Assembly: GCA_026770705.1 (NCBI GenBank)
Contig: JANJGN010000017.1
Span: forward strand, 34,596,001 to 34,660,000
DNA from: Isurus oxyrinchus
Taxonomy: Eukaryota
Direction: 5' to 3'
Length of the DNA stretch: 64,000 bases
The translations under genes were made by a program, and so were the position numbers. The notes under the pieces are model-generated. The model saw only the letters and a list, made by a program, of their open reading frames with translations. It did not search any database and was not told the DNA's origin. Shown piece after piece: positions 35,595 through 48,654 of this stretch (position 1 is the stretch's first letter; each line of letters begins with the position of its first letter).

Positions 35595-36368
35595 GGGGGA
35601 ACAGACCCTTGGCCTGACCCCATCTGGCATACTGCATTCAGTTTTGGCCTTGCAAGGGGTGCAGTGCAGATTCACCAGAATGATACCAAAGCTTAAAGGT
35701 TCAATTATGAAGACAGTTGCATAAATGTGGCTTATATCGCCTTGCATTTAGATAGGTGACAGGAATTCAATAAGGTAATTTCAGTTGAACTATTTCCTCT
35801 GGTATTGGAATCCAGAATAAAAAGGTATAGTCTTAAAAATAGAGCTAGACCATTCAGGAGAAAAATCAAGAAGCACTCCTCACATAAAGAGTAGTAGAAA
35901 TCTGGAAATTGTACCCCCAAAAAGTTGTGGACTGGGACAGTTGAAATTTACAAGACTGAAACCAATAGATTTTCATTAGGTAAAGTTGTGCTTACTTAGT
36001 AGACAAACAGCAAGGCGCCAACTATGAATAAGGGGTTGCTTAACACAAAAGTAAGCAGATTCGTTTATTCAGGATCTGAGAAGTTGGTATTACACAGCTG
36101 TGGAACTTGTACACATGTCTGATTTGATAGCTTCTTCAGAACAAATTAAGACTAAGACTGAATAACGTAATACATTGCATAAGTTCCCCTCTAGTGCTGT
36201 ATATAGGAAACATAACAACACCCACTTGAAGGTGTACCACAACAGGGAAGAGTATCAAGGAATAGAATAAAGGCAAGTAAATGAAATTGAAGTGCAGGTC
36301 AACTATGATCCAACTGAATGGCCGAGTAGGCTTGAGGAGCTAAATGGCCTACTCCTGTTCCTATGTTG
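35595..36368 (+). mobile_element. CR1 3' fragment with solo-LTR insertion
   Basis: VLALQGVQCRFTRMIPKLKG; tail GGCTTGAGGAGCTAAATGGCCTACTCCTGTTCCTATGTT. Confidence 0.85.
35984..36244 (-). mobile_element. Solo LTR (~261 bp)
   Basis: GGTAA|aGTTGTG...CACAACA|GGGAA: inverted termini, near-perfect 5-bp TSD, AATAAA on the minus strand at ~36064-36069. Confidence 0.65.
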
Positions 36369-38005
36369 CTACGAAACAGATGGGAGGCTAGAGTCAAAGG
36401 AAGAGAGGATACAGGAAGGGACATAAGGCTACAGCAGGTTGTAAGAGACAGACTGGGGTGAGACCAAAGGGAGATGTGGGCCCACTATCCAGTTAAAGAT
36501 GGTGTGCAGGCTCCTGATGCTGCCGGCCAAATCATAGGACCACCAGGAGGCACCCTTGTAGGGATAAGTACAATTTAAAATTCTGAATAGTAAAGGTTTG
36601 TAATCACTGCTGATTGCAGGGCAAACCCCTCTAGAGGGATTGTTAGGACCATGGAAGTTGCTTTTCCTGCCCGCAGCCCCCTCAGCATGGAGCCTCAGGT
36701 TCCAATGGCCATCTTGATTGCTGCAGGGAGGCTGCCTCCATGACAGCAGGCCCCTTGTCATCACCAATGTGCCTACAGCCTCATAAAATGGCTCTTAATG
36801 GGGTTTTTAATGATGTAACTCAACTGCCCGCCTGCTTGGAGCAGGCAGCCAATTCGCCTTGCAGCCTGCCACTGGCAAACTTCCCCAATGGTGGGACCAT
36901 GCCAGGGAACCATATCTCCCAGCAACTTAACTGGCCCTCCTTGCCTCTGTCTCTGCTACCTGAGGGGCTGGTAACATTCTGGCCAAGGTGTGAGCATTAT
37001 TAAGGTGAATGTTGGGAGTGGAATATGTAAGTGATTTGGTGGGGATAAGGATATTGAATGCAAAAATTTTTAGCACATCAACAGTGACATTAATGCTACA
37101 ATGGGTTAAAGATCAGAGACTGAATTAGTGAAAGAGCAGAAGGCAGTTTTTTTAGAAGGGGCGAAAGCTATGAGTAGTAAATTTGGAGGTAGGCTGAGAT
37201 GAAGGCAGGTAACCAAGGCAGTGATTAATTCAGAGATGGCGGCACAGATCAGGAGTCAAGAGTCACAGAAAAAATGTCCAGGGACAGCAGGGGAGAAAGG
37301 AGGAATCTAGAGCCTATAGGGATTTTGAACTTGTAACTGGCCTTCCGAAATGGCATAGCAAGCCTCTCAATTGTATCAAATCACACAAAAAAATGGTTGA
37401 AAAAGAATAAAATCAGATTGTCCACCCAGTATAACTTAGACACCAGAAATTTCATTGGCACACCCAGCTTAGTTGGCCAGACTAGGTTAATTGACAAGAC
37501 TTAGTTTACAAGACTGGCAGAACAAAAGAAATATGGACAATTGTCCAGTTATGTCCTGTCCAGAAAAAGCAGGGCAAATACAATCCAGCCAATTACCATG
37601 GGCTGAATTTTACGTGCCATAATGGTGGGTGGGAGCCTGAACCGAATGCGCATGACATGCTGACTCCCAACCCTGCCTTTGAAAGACAGAGGATAATACT
37701 TGTAGCAGCCAATCAGTGGCTGCCTGGTGGGAAGCCAGCCAACTATGTGCACGATGAGGTAGTGTGCCATGTCAGCAATTGGAAGGAGTATTATCCAACG
37801 TCTTTCAAAGGCAGAAGTGGGAATCAGCCGTAGGTAAGAGCTTAGTTTTAAATGTGGCTGACTATTCAAGTAGTTTTGAAGCTTTCAGGACCATTGCCAG
37901 GGTAGAAAGAACATTTGAGCGCAGCTGACCAATTCCCGTGATGAACAGTAAGTGTTTAGGGAGATATTCAGAATGATCCCTTTAACACTCTATGTCTCTC
38001 CACAC

Positions 38006-39910
38006 ATGGCCGAGAGTGTGGAGCCAGGAGATGGGAATAGCTCCAAAACAAGAGCAGCTCCAAGGTTTGACAATGGCTCCCTGCAAGTTCTCCTCCAGGC
38101 TGTGAGTGATAGGTGGAAGATCCTCATGCCCACTGGCTGGAAGAGGAGACCTCCCAGCCAGACAAAAGTAGCCTGGACGGAGGTTGCGCCGGAGTTCAGC
38201 AGTCTTGAGGTCATTCAGAAAACCTGACTGCACTGCCGGAAAAGACTCAATGACCTTTTGAGATTTGCAAGGGACAGTGTGTCACCATTCTGGGGATGGA
38301 CGTATATATGGAAGGGTGTGACATGGCTCCATTATAGGATTGCCTTGTGTGCTGCCCAAGTGAGTAAGGCAGCATGATGGAGACATCCCACTCTGCAGGG
38401 CAACATTGGTTATGGAGGGGGTAGGGGGACTGCAATACCTGCTAGTTTGCAAAGAACACTGAGAAATGTGTTCTGGTAACAAAGTACGTGTTGTTCAAAC
38501 ATTTGAAGGCATGAGTCTAACTCAGCATTATCATTACAATTTCCGTCGTTACTTGCAGAAGAGGGGGCACAATGCCCGAGAGAGGAACCAGCGGTGGTGT
38601 ACCAAACATGGCCATCCTGACAGCCATTGAGGAGATTGTCCTGGAGTTGGCTCTGAATGACTGGATCCAGGTCATAGGTCAAGGTGAAGTTGGAGGAAGA
38701 CCCCGGGGTTGTGGTTTTCCAAAGGGCACATACCTAACATTCCTGCAAACATTGCTGAGGGGAGGGGGGGGTGTTATAAACTGAGAAAGCTGGGAAGATA
38801 GCATTGTGTCAATGGCTTGTGATTTTGGAGACTTGTAGAATTCGAAGAGGAAGGTGTGCTTCTATGTTGAAGGGTCAAGGGTTCAAACATTGGTTCACAT
38901 CTCCCAATAATACGAGTTTTTACAATGAGGAAGTATGTGTCTCTGCAAACTCACCTCAAAGGATGAAGATGCCCCTAATTCTCTTTCTTCATGTTTCCAC
39001 TAGGGGTGCAACATCAGCAGCTACAGGCTATGGCCCCGAGGGATTGGCTACAACCTCTGAGGAGGAAGAGGAAGTCTCAGAGTGTGCACATCACATCCCT
39101 GCTCTGAACCTAGCATCAACGCAGATGCATGCACCTCGCTTGGTCTGTGCACTTCGGCTGTGATGAGTAGACACGCTGGTGAGAGCACATCACAGTCACA
39201 GCTATTGGAGACTGAAATGAAGCAGGCCTCTGGCAATCGAAGTTGTGCTGGAGGTGACAAGATGCTGAGCCCCAGTCTCATGATGAGCCTCTGGAGTCAT
39301 TCATCAAGCTACAGATCCTGGACGTACACTTTGAGATTTGTGGAGAGGTGGCGAAGATACCAAAGGGGTTGCACATACTGGCATGAACATTGGAAGAGTC
39401 CATGCAACACAATGCATGGCCTCTTCGATTGACAGACTGGCAACTGTCATGGAGGGCAAACCCAGCAGCTCACTGATGGGATTCTGGGTATGTGTTTTGA
39501 CCTGCACTCCATTGCTTTGTTTCTGAGCTCCGGGGCCCACAGGCAGGGCAAAAGAGGGACAAGGAGTGTGGAATCAAATCTAAGTCCTGGTCCCTCTCAG
39601 GAAAGCAGAGGTGTGAGTGCTTAATGGACCTCATGGTAGCAGATAAGCAGCTGGTGCCATCGGGTGACACCACTCAGTGCTCTTCTGATGGGGACAGCCT
39701 CTCCTCCGCCCCTTGCCATTGGCACAGATGTCTCAGAGTGCATCGGTGACAGATGAATCTTCCTGGCCTCTGGCAACTGTCCTCTCGTTGCCTGAGTCAT
39801 TGCAGGCAAAGGGGTATCAGTGTCAGCAGTCTGTCTCCAGCACAGTTGGCAGCGAGGGGAAAGTACCATGTCACAGCGCCCAGAAAAGAATCAAGCAAAC
39901 CCCTCGGTAA
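38006..39910 (+). pseudogene. Harbinger Myb/SANT-like gene relic (spliced)
   Basis: MAES...RAAPRFDNGSLQVLLQAV...AWTEVA...T*LHCRKRLNDLLR; second exon near 38557 (GGVPNMAILTAIEEIVLELA). Confidence 0.85.
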
Positions 39911-40087
39911 TCACACATGAGCAACTTTCTTATTTGGGAAATTTGAACATTGTTTCGGTTTATCTTTCTTTTCATCTGATTCTATGGCTGCATTGGTCCA
40001 TTATCTCTGCGTGAGGCGATAGATTTGATATGAATTGTTTAGCTGTTGTTATGGGAGTTTTGTGCTCATTTGAGTCTCTCTACTCCA

Positions 40088-40710
40088 TGGGCAGGACTTT
40101 CTGGGAGTGGCCACGATCGACCCCCTGACCGTGATTTCACTTTGGCTGGCCGATTAATGACCAGCCAGTGTGAAACACGTGGTGAGAAGCTCAGTGTTGG
40201 CAGGGGGAGGGTGAGCGGGAAGTCTGCACATGCGTGGGGGCAGGGGACGTGCACTGAGAGCTCCCTGAAGGCAGGGAGCTGCCTCAGGGAGCTGAAGATT
40301 TGCAGAAACAGAAATAAAGATTTTAAAAATGAGAGAAACATGTCCCCACATATGACTCAGTCACATAAACAAGGACATTTTTAAAATGATGCCTAAAAGT
40401 TTTTGCTTTTTTAGAAATTACTGTTGGGACCCTCATCCTGCCTGTGGATGAGGTTTCACAAAAAATCCAAAGGCCGCCTGGCCGATTCACCCACCCGCCA
40501 ACTGTCAGGTTGGAGGGGTAGCAAAAAATTGTTTTTAATTCATTGACTAAGGTCTTAAGAAGCCTCTTAATTGTCGGCAGGCGCGCAGCCGAATCTCTTG
40601 CATGCCCCACCCGACCGAAATATGGCGTGAGTGCATGATGATGCCAGGATGCTCGGCCAACGTCATCGTGTGCTATTTCATGCCCAGTTGGGTCAGGTGC
40701 ATGCCCCATA
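40088..40710. mobile_element. Probable non-autonomous DNA element nested between the two Harbinger genes
   Basis: Abrupt CpG-rich block starting AT|GGGCAGGACTTT, the same terminal style as the local Harbinger TIRs; right TIR not identified. Confidence 0.45.
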
Positions 40711-40779
40711 TTATTTAGTGACTCACTACACGGCCCTGGTTTTCATAGCAGGGAGCTAACAGGAGAAGGTGCCAAGGGC

Positions 40780-41988
40780 CAGGAAGTTGTTATTGAGCTG
40801 GAGACACTCTGCTAATGGAATCTTCTAAGTATCTGACCACCTTGTCTCACGGGTATCTGGATCTTCCCGCGGATCGGCTTGCACAGCGGCTAACCCTCCT
40901 CTCCATCAGACTCGTCCTCAGCGGACTGGGCTGTCTCCATCAATTACTCCTCTGACAGGACTTCCCCTCTCTGGGGGGCAAGGTTTTGCAACGCACAATG
41001 AACAACGACCATAATTGACTCTCTCTCAGGTGCATATTAGACAGTGCCACCTGATCTGTCCAGACTTCTGAAGCACATCTTGAGCAGACCATTGATCTGC
41101 TCAGTGATCACCCTGGTCAATGTGTGGCTTTCATTATACCTATGCTCACGCTCCGTCCGTGAATTCCTTACTGTAGTCACCAGCCATTTTCAAAGGGTGT
41201 CCTTTATCACCGAGCAGCCAGCCGGCGGCTGGTAAACTGGGAGTGTCTCAGGATGTCTGCTTCATGGCTGCTTTCTGCGTAATGAGCAGACACCCGCATT
41301 ACTCCTGGATTGTGATCACACACAATCTGAACATTGATGGAGTGGTATCCTTTTCTGTTTATGATTGCCCCTGGCTGAACAGCTAGTGCTTTTATGGCTA
41401 CATGGGTGCAATCAACTGCCCCTTGTACCCGTGGGAATCCAGCCATGGCAGCAAAGCCTCTAGATGTTTCTGCTTGGTTTGTGTTGCAACATGTAAAAGA
41501 TATAATGATGGGCATAGCTAAACATGGCATCTGTGAATACCTCAATGCAGTGATTGGCTGCAGGCTGGATGATCCCATTAAGGTCTCCACATGCTGCATG
41601 GAATGACCCAGAGGCAAAGAAGCTCAATGCCACAGTGACTTTTAAGGCCTCAGGCATTGGGTGGCCACCCACACAATTCGAGGCCACCTCCCCAGAAAAC
41701 ATGTCACAAAGGGATGTGACTGTCTCCCTCAATAGACACAGTCTTCAGAGGCACAATCATTCTGACATCTACAGATAAGACATCCTGATCCTGTACACTC
41801 GGTTGGCAGGGTAAGGCCAACGCCTACCTCTGCCAGCCTGCTGTTGCTGTCTCCCCTCCACAGCCCCTTGCTCAGCAGCAGCTTGCCCACCTTTCTGCAC
41901 CTCATGGCGCACCTGTCCCTGGCCAGCTGGGCTCCTCCTCCTCCTCCACACTGGAGGAGATGCCTCCAACAGAATGGGCAATTACCAT
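40780..41988 (-). pseudogene. Harbinger (HARBI1-like) DDE transposase
   Basis: YPANRVYRIRMSYL; LKVTVALSFFASGSF; GFPRVQGAVDCTHV; INRKGYHSINVQIVCDH; SHEADIL; GDKGHPL; TRVITEQINGLLKMCFRSLD. Frameshifted. Confidence 0.93.
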
Positions 41989-42461
41989 ACCAGACACTGA
42001 TTTAGAGCACAAATGGTACAGTGCTCAATGTTGGTGAGAACACTTCCTTTTTGCCTCCTTCCCTCAGGAAATGCCTAGCTAAATCTCACAGCTGCAGAAG
42101 CAAACTCTTCTGCTAAAGTCATAGTCCCTCTTGCAGCCTTTATATCTGCCTTTTCAACAGTGCATGAAAGAAAACATACCTCCCACTGACCATGTTTCAC
42201 AAGCACCCAATGCATTATGGTGTGAACAACATTTTATTGCAGTCAATTAACTTCCAAACAAACTTAAAGGCTTGTTAATGGGTTATTTAAAAATGGCTGG
42301 TGGGCAGCCAATTTTGGACCCTCGCCCCACCAACTACCGTATTATGGTGGATCAGCATGAACCATCGGGTTCGCAACCTGGTGTCATGATGCCAGATTTT
42401 ATACATGCGCAGGACTGCAGCAGTCCAGCTTTGCGAATGTAAAATTCAGCTTCATCTCTTC

Positions 42462-43735
42462 AGTCTACACTCAACTATCAGCTAAGTGATGGAAGGTGCC
42501 ATCAACAATTATATCAAGCAGCACTTCCTTAGCAATAAGCTGTTCACTGATGCTCAGTTTGGGATCCACCAAAATCACTTGGCTGTAGACCTCATTATAG
42601 CCTTGGACAAACATGCCAAAAGAGCCGAATTCCAGGGGTGAGGTGACAGTAAATGCCCTGAAAATAAAGGTGGCATTTGACAGAGTGTGACATCAAGGAG
42701 CTTGAGTAAAACTGAAATCAATGGGAATAGGGGAACCTCCACTGGTTGGCGTCAAAGCTGGAACAAAGGGAGATGTGGTTGTTAGAGGTGAATCATCTCA
42801 ATCCCAGGATATCGCTGAAGGTGTTCCTCAGGGTTATGTCCTAGGACAACCAACTTCAGCTGTTTCATCAATGACCTTTCCTCAGTCATAAAGTCAGCAG
42901 TGGGGATATTCATTGATGATTACACAGTGTTCAGTACCATTCGCAACTCCTCAGATAATGAAGCGGTCCGGTGCCTACATAAAGCAAGACCTGGATAACA
43001 TTCAGATTTAGGCTGATAAGTGGCAAATAACACTGGCACCACACAAGTGCCAGGCAATGACCATTTCCAACAAAAGAGAAGCTAACTCTTTGGCATTCAA
43101 TGGCATTACCATCGCTGAATCCTTGACTATCAACATCCTGCAGGTTACCATTGACCAGAAGCTGAATTAGACCAACCACATAAATTCTGTGGTTACAAGG
43201 GCAGGTCAGAGGCTGGGAACCCTGGTGAGTAACACACTTCCTGGCTCCCCAAAGCCTGTAAAAAACTACAAGGCACAAGTCAGGAATATGACCCAATTAC
43301 CCGATAAGTGCAGCTCCAATAGCAACCTGATTGTTTTGCACTCCATGCACAACCTTAATTACTCACTGTCTCCACCACTGGTACACAGTGGCAGCAGTGT
43401 ATACTATTTGCAAAATATACTGCAGCAACTCACCAGGACTCCTTCCATGATAGCTTCCAAACACGTTCTTCACAGTGGTAGATGTCACAAGACCAGCAGC
43501 CACAATGGAACATACCAGCTGTAAGTTCCCTCCACGCCACACAACATCCTGATTTGGGAATATATCGCTGTTCCTTCACTGTCGCTGTGTCAAAATTCCG
43601 GAACTCCCTTCCTAACAGCATTGTGGGTGTATGTACATCACATGGACTGCAGCGGTTCAGGAGGACAGCTAACTATCACCTGCTTAAGGACAATTAATCT
43701 TGCCAGCAATGTCCACATCCCATGAACAAATAAAA
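42462..43735 (+). mobile_element. LINE-A 5'-truncated copy
   Basis: GGTGTTCCTCAGGG (GVPQG), TTCATTGATGAT (FxDD), WQITLAPHKCQAM, and the 3' tail. Confidence 0.9.
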
Positions 43736-44379
43736 GTAAGTACCAGCCACATGTTTGTTTGTCAGATGTGTATGATATTTAAACCTTTACTACCACTGAC
43801 ACATAACGTTGTCACTCTTATGAGTCAAGCCTCTCCATGCTAAGGGTGGGCAGCTTGTCAGTCACAAATTTGTCCAATTAACTGCTTGAGCTGCAATTGG
43901 TAGTCAGGCTGGGTGGAGGCAGGTGGTCAGGACCGTATCAGGAATTTGTTTGCATTAGAAAGATTGGAGTTGGAAGCTATATCAGGTTATCAGGTCTGCC
44001 ATTAGGAGGATGGTCTGGCCTAGAGGCCTGCTATCAGAAATCAGGTTGATCAGGAAGGCTGACATTTAGAGCCAGATAACTTTGCAGTTTTTAAAATTCC
44101 TCACTGGACTAATTCTAATTATTGTTCACTCAACAGCTGGATTTAAGACATTTTCATTAGTCTTCTGGGTAAGCGCCAATTGTGGTGCTCAAGAAGGGAG
44201 AAAACAGCATTAGTTCAGGTGAGATGTAATTGGGCAGTTTGCTGCCATTATCACCGTTAAATTTGTGTTGCACAGATTTGCTGAGAAGGCAGCAACTGCC
44301 AACTGCCATTTTTATTGGTGGCTGTTTAAACCAAAAATAACTTTTCTTCTTTACTCATTTTCCTTAACTCATCTTTGGC

Positions 44380-44865
44380 ATTGGCAGTGGCTCAGTTGGT
44401 AGCACTCTTACCTGAGTTAGAAAACAACTGAGTTCAAGTCCCATTTCAGAGAACTGAGCATAAAAATTAAGGGTAACAGTTAGTCCAGTACTGTGGGAGT
44501 GCTGCACTGTTGGAGATGCTACCTTTCAGATGAGACCTTAAACCAAGGTCCTTTCTGTTCTTCTTGGGTGAATGTAAAAGATCATATAGCACTATTTCAA
44601 AGAAAAGCACGGGATTTAACCCCACACCCACCCCCCTCCCCACCTGTCCCTGTGTCCTGGCCAATACTTGTCCCACAATCTACATCATAAAAACAGATTA
44701 TCTGGCCATTATCATACTGCTGTTTGCAGGAGCTTGCTGTGTGCTAATTGGCTGCCACAATTCTTACATAACACCAGTGATTATACTTCAAAAGTATCTC
44801 ATCGACTGTAAAGTGCTTTGGGCTGTCCTGAAAGGCATTATATAAATGCAAATCTTACTTTTTCT
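44380..44865 (+). mobile_element. tRNA-derived DeuSINE (SacSINE1/AmnSINE1-like)
   Basis: A box TGGCTCAGTTGG (44388), B box GTTCAAGTCC (44432), Deu-domain-like CAGTACTGTGGGAGTGCTGCACTGTTGGAG...GATGAGACCTTAAACC...GTGTCCTGGCCAATA, and L2-like tail TATATAAATGCAA. Confidence 0.88.
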
Positions 44866-46119
44866 TCTTTTCCTCAAGCATTTTTACAGTCAGCTGTAAA
44901 GTAGCTTTTACTACTTTGTATTTGACTGTAAAAATATTTGAGGAAAGTTTGAGTAGCTGATGTGAATGAATTCTGAGTCTCATTATTAAATAGCAGTTGT
45001 GCTTTCCAACTTTCAGAGTTTGCCAAGTTTTCCCTACCCAATATTTTCACTTTAATTGTGCCACTTGAGAAATTTACATGCCTCAAAATATGGCATGAAT
45101 CTTACGCTTATTGCAGTATCATTAGCAGCAACATTTAAGCAACATCTGTGTGCTATAGAACTAATTGAAGTAGCATAAGTGGCAGCTGTAAATCCACAGG
45201 AAGGTGGCAGTTTGCACCAAGCACTGCTGAGCTAGCTAGTAACTGTCAGCCTGTTACTACAATCTGCTTTATATGACTCTGGTACAGTGCACAATGTCCA
45301 AAAAAACACGAAGAGGGGATTGAATGATGCCACTGATAGATAGTGGCAGGCAATTGTTACAGCTAATGTCCAAATAGTATTGTTTTGTAGGCCATTACTC
45401 TTGATATGACTCATGCTTTTAGCACCATAGACATCTTCAAAACAAAACATTAGAATTCGAAGCCAGCAGCTTTTTTTTCCTTAAGTATCCCCATCACACA
45501 TATATAGTGAGTGCTGTCATTCTGCTAAATCGTAGCCAATACTAAAAACTAGGCTAGAGTCACATACAAAAATAAGTTTAAGTGAATGATTACAATGACA
45601 GAAGCTTGCGGAAATTTTGGCCTTCATTCCCAGTGTTTTTGACGGAAGCATTGATCCTTAATCTAGGTTCTTTAGCTGCAGTTTTCGGAATATGGATTTC
45701 AACTTACAGTTACATTGGAATTGCAATGTCAACCCTCACACCCATCTCCTGCATAAAGTTAATCATGGGGAAGGAGTTTTACCAGTGCTCAGGGGGACAG
45801 GCAAGGCCAAGGCTTAAGGAGGTCCAAGGACTACTCCTGAGGACCAGAGGAACAGTCCTGCCCCTTCTGGCTCAAAGGGATTTCACTTAAAATATAATGT
45901 TTTTATTGCACCTGGGCCATTCTGCAACTCTAGCCAGGATTGGCTCTAGGTAGGTTTCCCGAATTCAGCAGTGCATAGCCATTGCAGCACTGATGAAATC
46001 ATCAGGCCAAGACTTTCCTCGGCTTTTCCATGCCTATTCACAGGTCAGTGAAGACAGTGAGGAGTGAGAAGGTGCCAGGAATGGTACAGGACTGCCTCCT
46101 ACCATCTTAACCCTCCTAA

Positions 46120-47462
46120 TTTATTTTTTTATTTATTCACAGGATGTGGGCCTCACTGGCTGGGCCAGCATTTCTTGCCCATCCCTAGCTGCCCTTGAGA
46201 AGGTGGTGGGGAGCTGCATTCTTGAACCACTGCAGTCCATGTAGTGTAGGTACACCCACAGTACTGTTCGGAAGGGAGTTCCAGGATTTTGACCCAGTGA
46301 CACTGAAGGAACTGCAATGCATTTCCAAGTCAGGATGGTGAGTGACTTGGAGGGGAACATCCAGTTGGTGGTATTCCCAACTACCTGTTGCCCTTGTCCT
46401 TCTAGATGGTAGTGGTCATGGGTTTGGAAGGTGCTGTCTAAGGAGCCTTGGTGAATTCCTGCAGTGCATCAGATGCTGAAAATGTCCATGCCCAAAGGCA
46501 GCAAGCCCTGGATAACATCCAGGCTTGGACTGACAAGTGGCAAGTAACATTTGCACCACACAAGTGTCAGGCAATGACCATCTCCAACAAGAGAAAATCC
46601 AACCATCACCCCCTGATGTTCAATGGCATTACCATCACTTAATTCCCCACTATCAACATCCTGGGGGTTACCATTGACCATAATTGAACGGGACTAGCCA
46701 TATAAATACTGTGGCTACAAGAGCAGGTCAGAGGCTAAGAATTCTGCGATGAGTATCTCACGTCCTGACTCCGCAAAGCCTGACCACCATCTACAAGGCA
46801 CAAGTCAGGAGTTTGGTGGAATACTCCCCACTTGCCTGGATGAGTGCAGCTCCCACAATACTCAAGAAGCTTAACACTGTCCAGGACAAAGCAGCCCATT
46901 TGATTGGCACCACATCCATGAACATTCACTCCATCCACCACCGACGCACAATAGCAGCAGTGTATACCATCTACAAGATGCACTGCAGGAATTCACCAAG
47001 ACTCCATAGACAGCACCTTCCAAACCCACAACCAATATCTAGAAGGACAAGGGCAGCAGATAGATGGGAATACCAGCACCTGTTAGTTCCTCTCCAAGTC
47101 ACTCACCATCCTGACTTGGAAATATATCACTGTTCCTTCACTGTCGCTGGGTCAAAATCCGGGAACTCCCCCCTATCAGCACCGTGGTTGTATCTACACC
47201 ACATGGACTACGGCACTTCAAGAAGGCAGCTCACCACCACCTTCCCAAGGGCAATAAATGCTGGCCCAGCCAGCAAAGCCCACATCCTGTGAGTGAATAA
47301 AAAAAATCTTGTAGATGGTACACACTGCTGCTACTGTGCTATTTTTGTGGTGGAGGGAGTGAATGTTTGTGGATGTGGTGCCAATCAAGCGGGCTGCTTT
47401 GTCCTGGACGGTGTCAAGTTTCTTGAATGTTGTGGGAGCTGCACTCATCCAGGCAAGTGGAA
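46120..47462 (-). mobile_element. LINE-A 3' copy (46120-46470 and 47306-47462) split by another LINE-A
   Basis: CTGCAGTGCATC | TTGTAGATGGTACAC rejoin as the family antisense sequence. Confidence 0.88.
46471..47305 (+). mobile_element. LINE-A copy inserted antisense into LINE-A
   Basis: ORFs 46448-46642 and 46813-47292; A-tail; apparent ATC duplication. Confidence 0.9.
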
Positions 47463-48654
47463 AATCATACTGTCAAATCATACTGTTCCTGCCATATGAG
47501 GGTTGGAGGGTTTAAAATCTAGTCCTATCTGTTTGATCTTGTGAGGTGCCATACCTCCTTATTTAAAGTTTTTTTTTCAGTGCATGAATTTGTATTTTAT
47601 TTAGGCTTATGACCTCCTTAGTATTTCTTTTACAGAAGGCCATTTTTCCCTGGGGCCCAGGATGACAGCAGACGTCCCAGCCTTAACTTCCTCCAGTGCA
47701 ATGAGGAAAATCCAGTCTGTGATATTCACCACATTCATTCACCAGGGTGCATCTTCTGGTTTATATTCTAGGAGCAGCAGTCAGCTGAAGACAGTCTGCC
47801 CAATATACAGATCTACAAATGTCTAAACATGTGGCTTGTACAATTTTGAATAAGACCCTAGATCCTACCTTTGTAGTAGTTCTGTGATTTCAAATTAGGT
47901 CACAATGTGCGTATTAGTACTAATTACTATTACTACTCCCACCCCCACTTTTTGCAGGAATCTGCTAGTTTAGATTGCTTTTAGCACTTCACAATGGCTG
48001 CCTTGACGAGATTGATTTAAACTCTGTTCCACATAGTATATAAATAACTCTCTAGAATGTATTCTTTGACACTGGCCTTTGCCAAAGCAAACACAATTTA
48101 ACAAAACAGACTTCAGATCTAAGTGAGATTAAAAACACTGTCTAGATTGTCTTAATTATTTAATGAGATTGAGATATCAGTGTATGCACAGCTGCCATAT
48201 GTGGTATAAGATTCTTTTTTTAACCACAGATGAACCCTACAAAATAAGCAGTGAATGACAAAGCTACTAGTTGGTAATGCTGATCAATTCAAAAATTAAG
48301 TAAAAATACCAACTGGATGCTGTGCATTCTGTTCATTTTGAGCTGAGGGGCATGTGTACGATTTTGATACCTCAGTTTTATCACAGAACCAAGGAAGCAC
48401 AGTGTGCAGCACCCTTCCACATTACCAGAGTGGTGGTTTCTTTTCTCTTATTCATGTGCAATAAGATTGATGAAATAGCAGTTCCCTCAGATGGTTTTAG
48501 TGGGAAATTTCTTTGTTGAAACAATAGTCAGTGCCAAAACAGATTTCCTCAGAAGAAATGTAAAATTAAATGTAGCATGGTCCTGACATTGGATGGTAAA
48601 ACTTTGCTTTTTGTTATTGTAGGCAGTGCAGTGAACAACTTTTTCAGAAATATT

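Larger units (their letters stand above)
37600..42452. mobile_element. Full-span two-gene PIF/Harbinger transposon (decayed)
   Basis: CAT|GGGCTGAATTTTAC ... GTAAAATTCAGCtt|CAT: 14-bp TIRs and 3-bp TSD; convergent Myb/SANT and transposase genes. Confidence 0.92.

Noticed and set aside
40780-41988. Domesticated HARBI1 gene
   Set aside because: Frameshifted, the SHD aspartate is changed to E, and it is still bounded by TIRs and a TSD, so it is a transposon copy.
44380-44450. tRNA gene
   Set aside because: A/B boxes belong to a SINE head; no intact cloverleaf and it continues into the Deu domain.
47636-47830. Strong splice acceptor TTCTTTTACAG followed by open frames
   Set aside because: No matching donor or recognisable protein in any frame.
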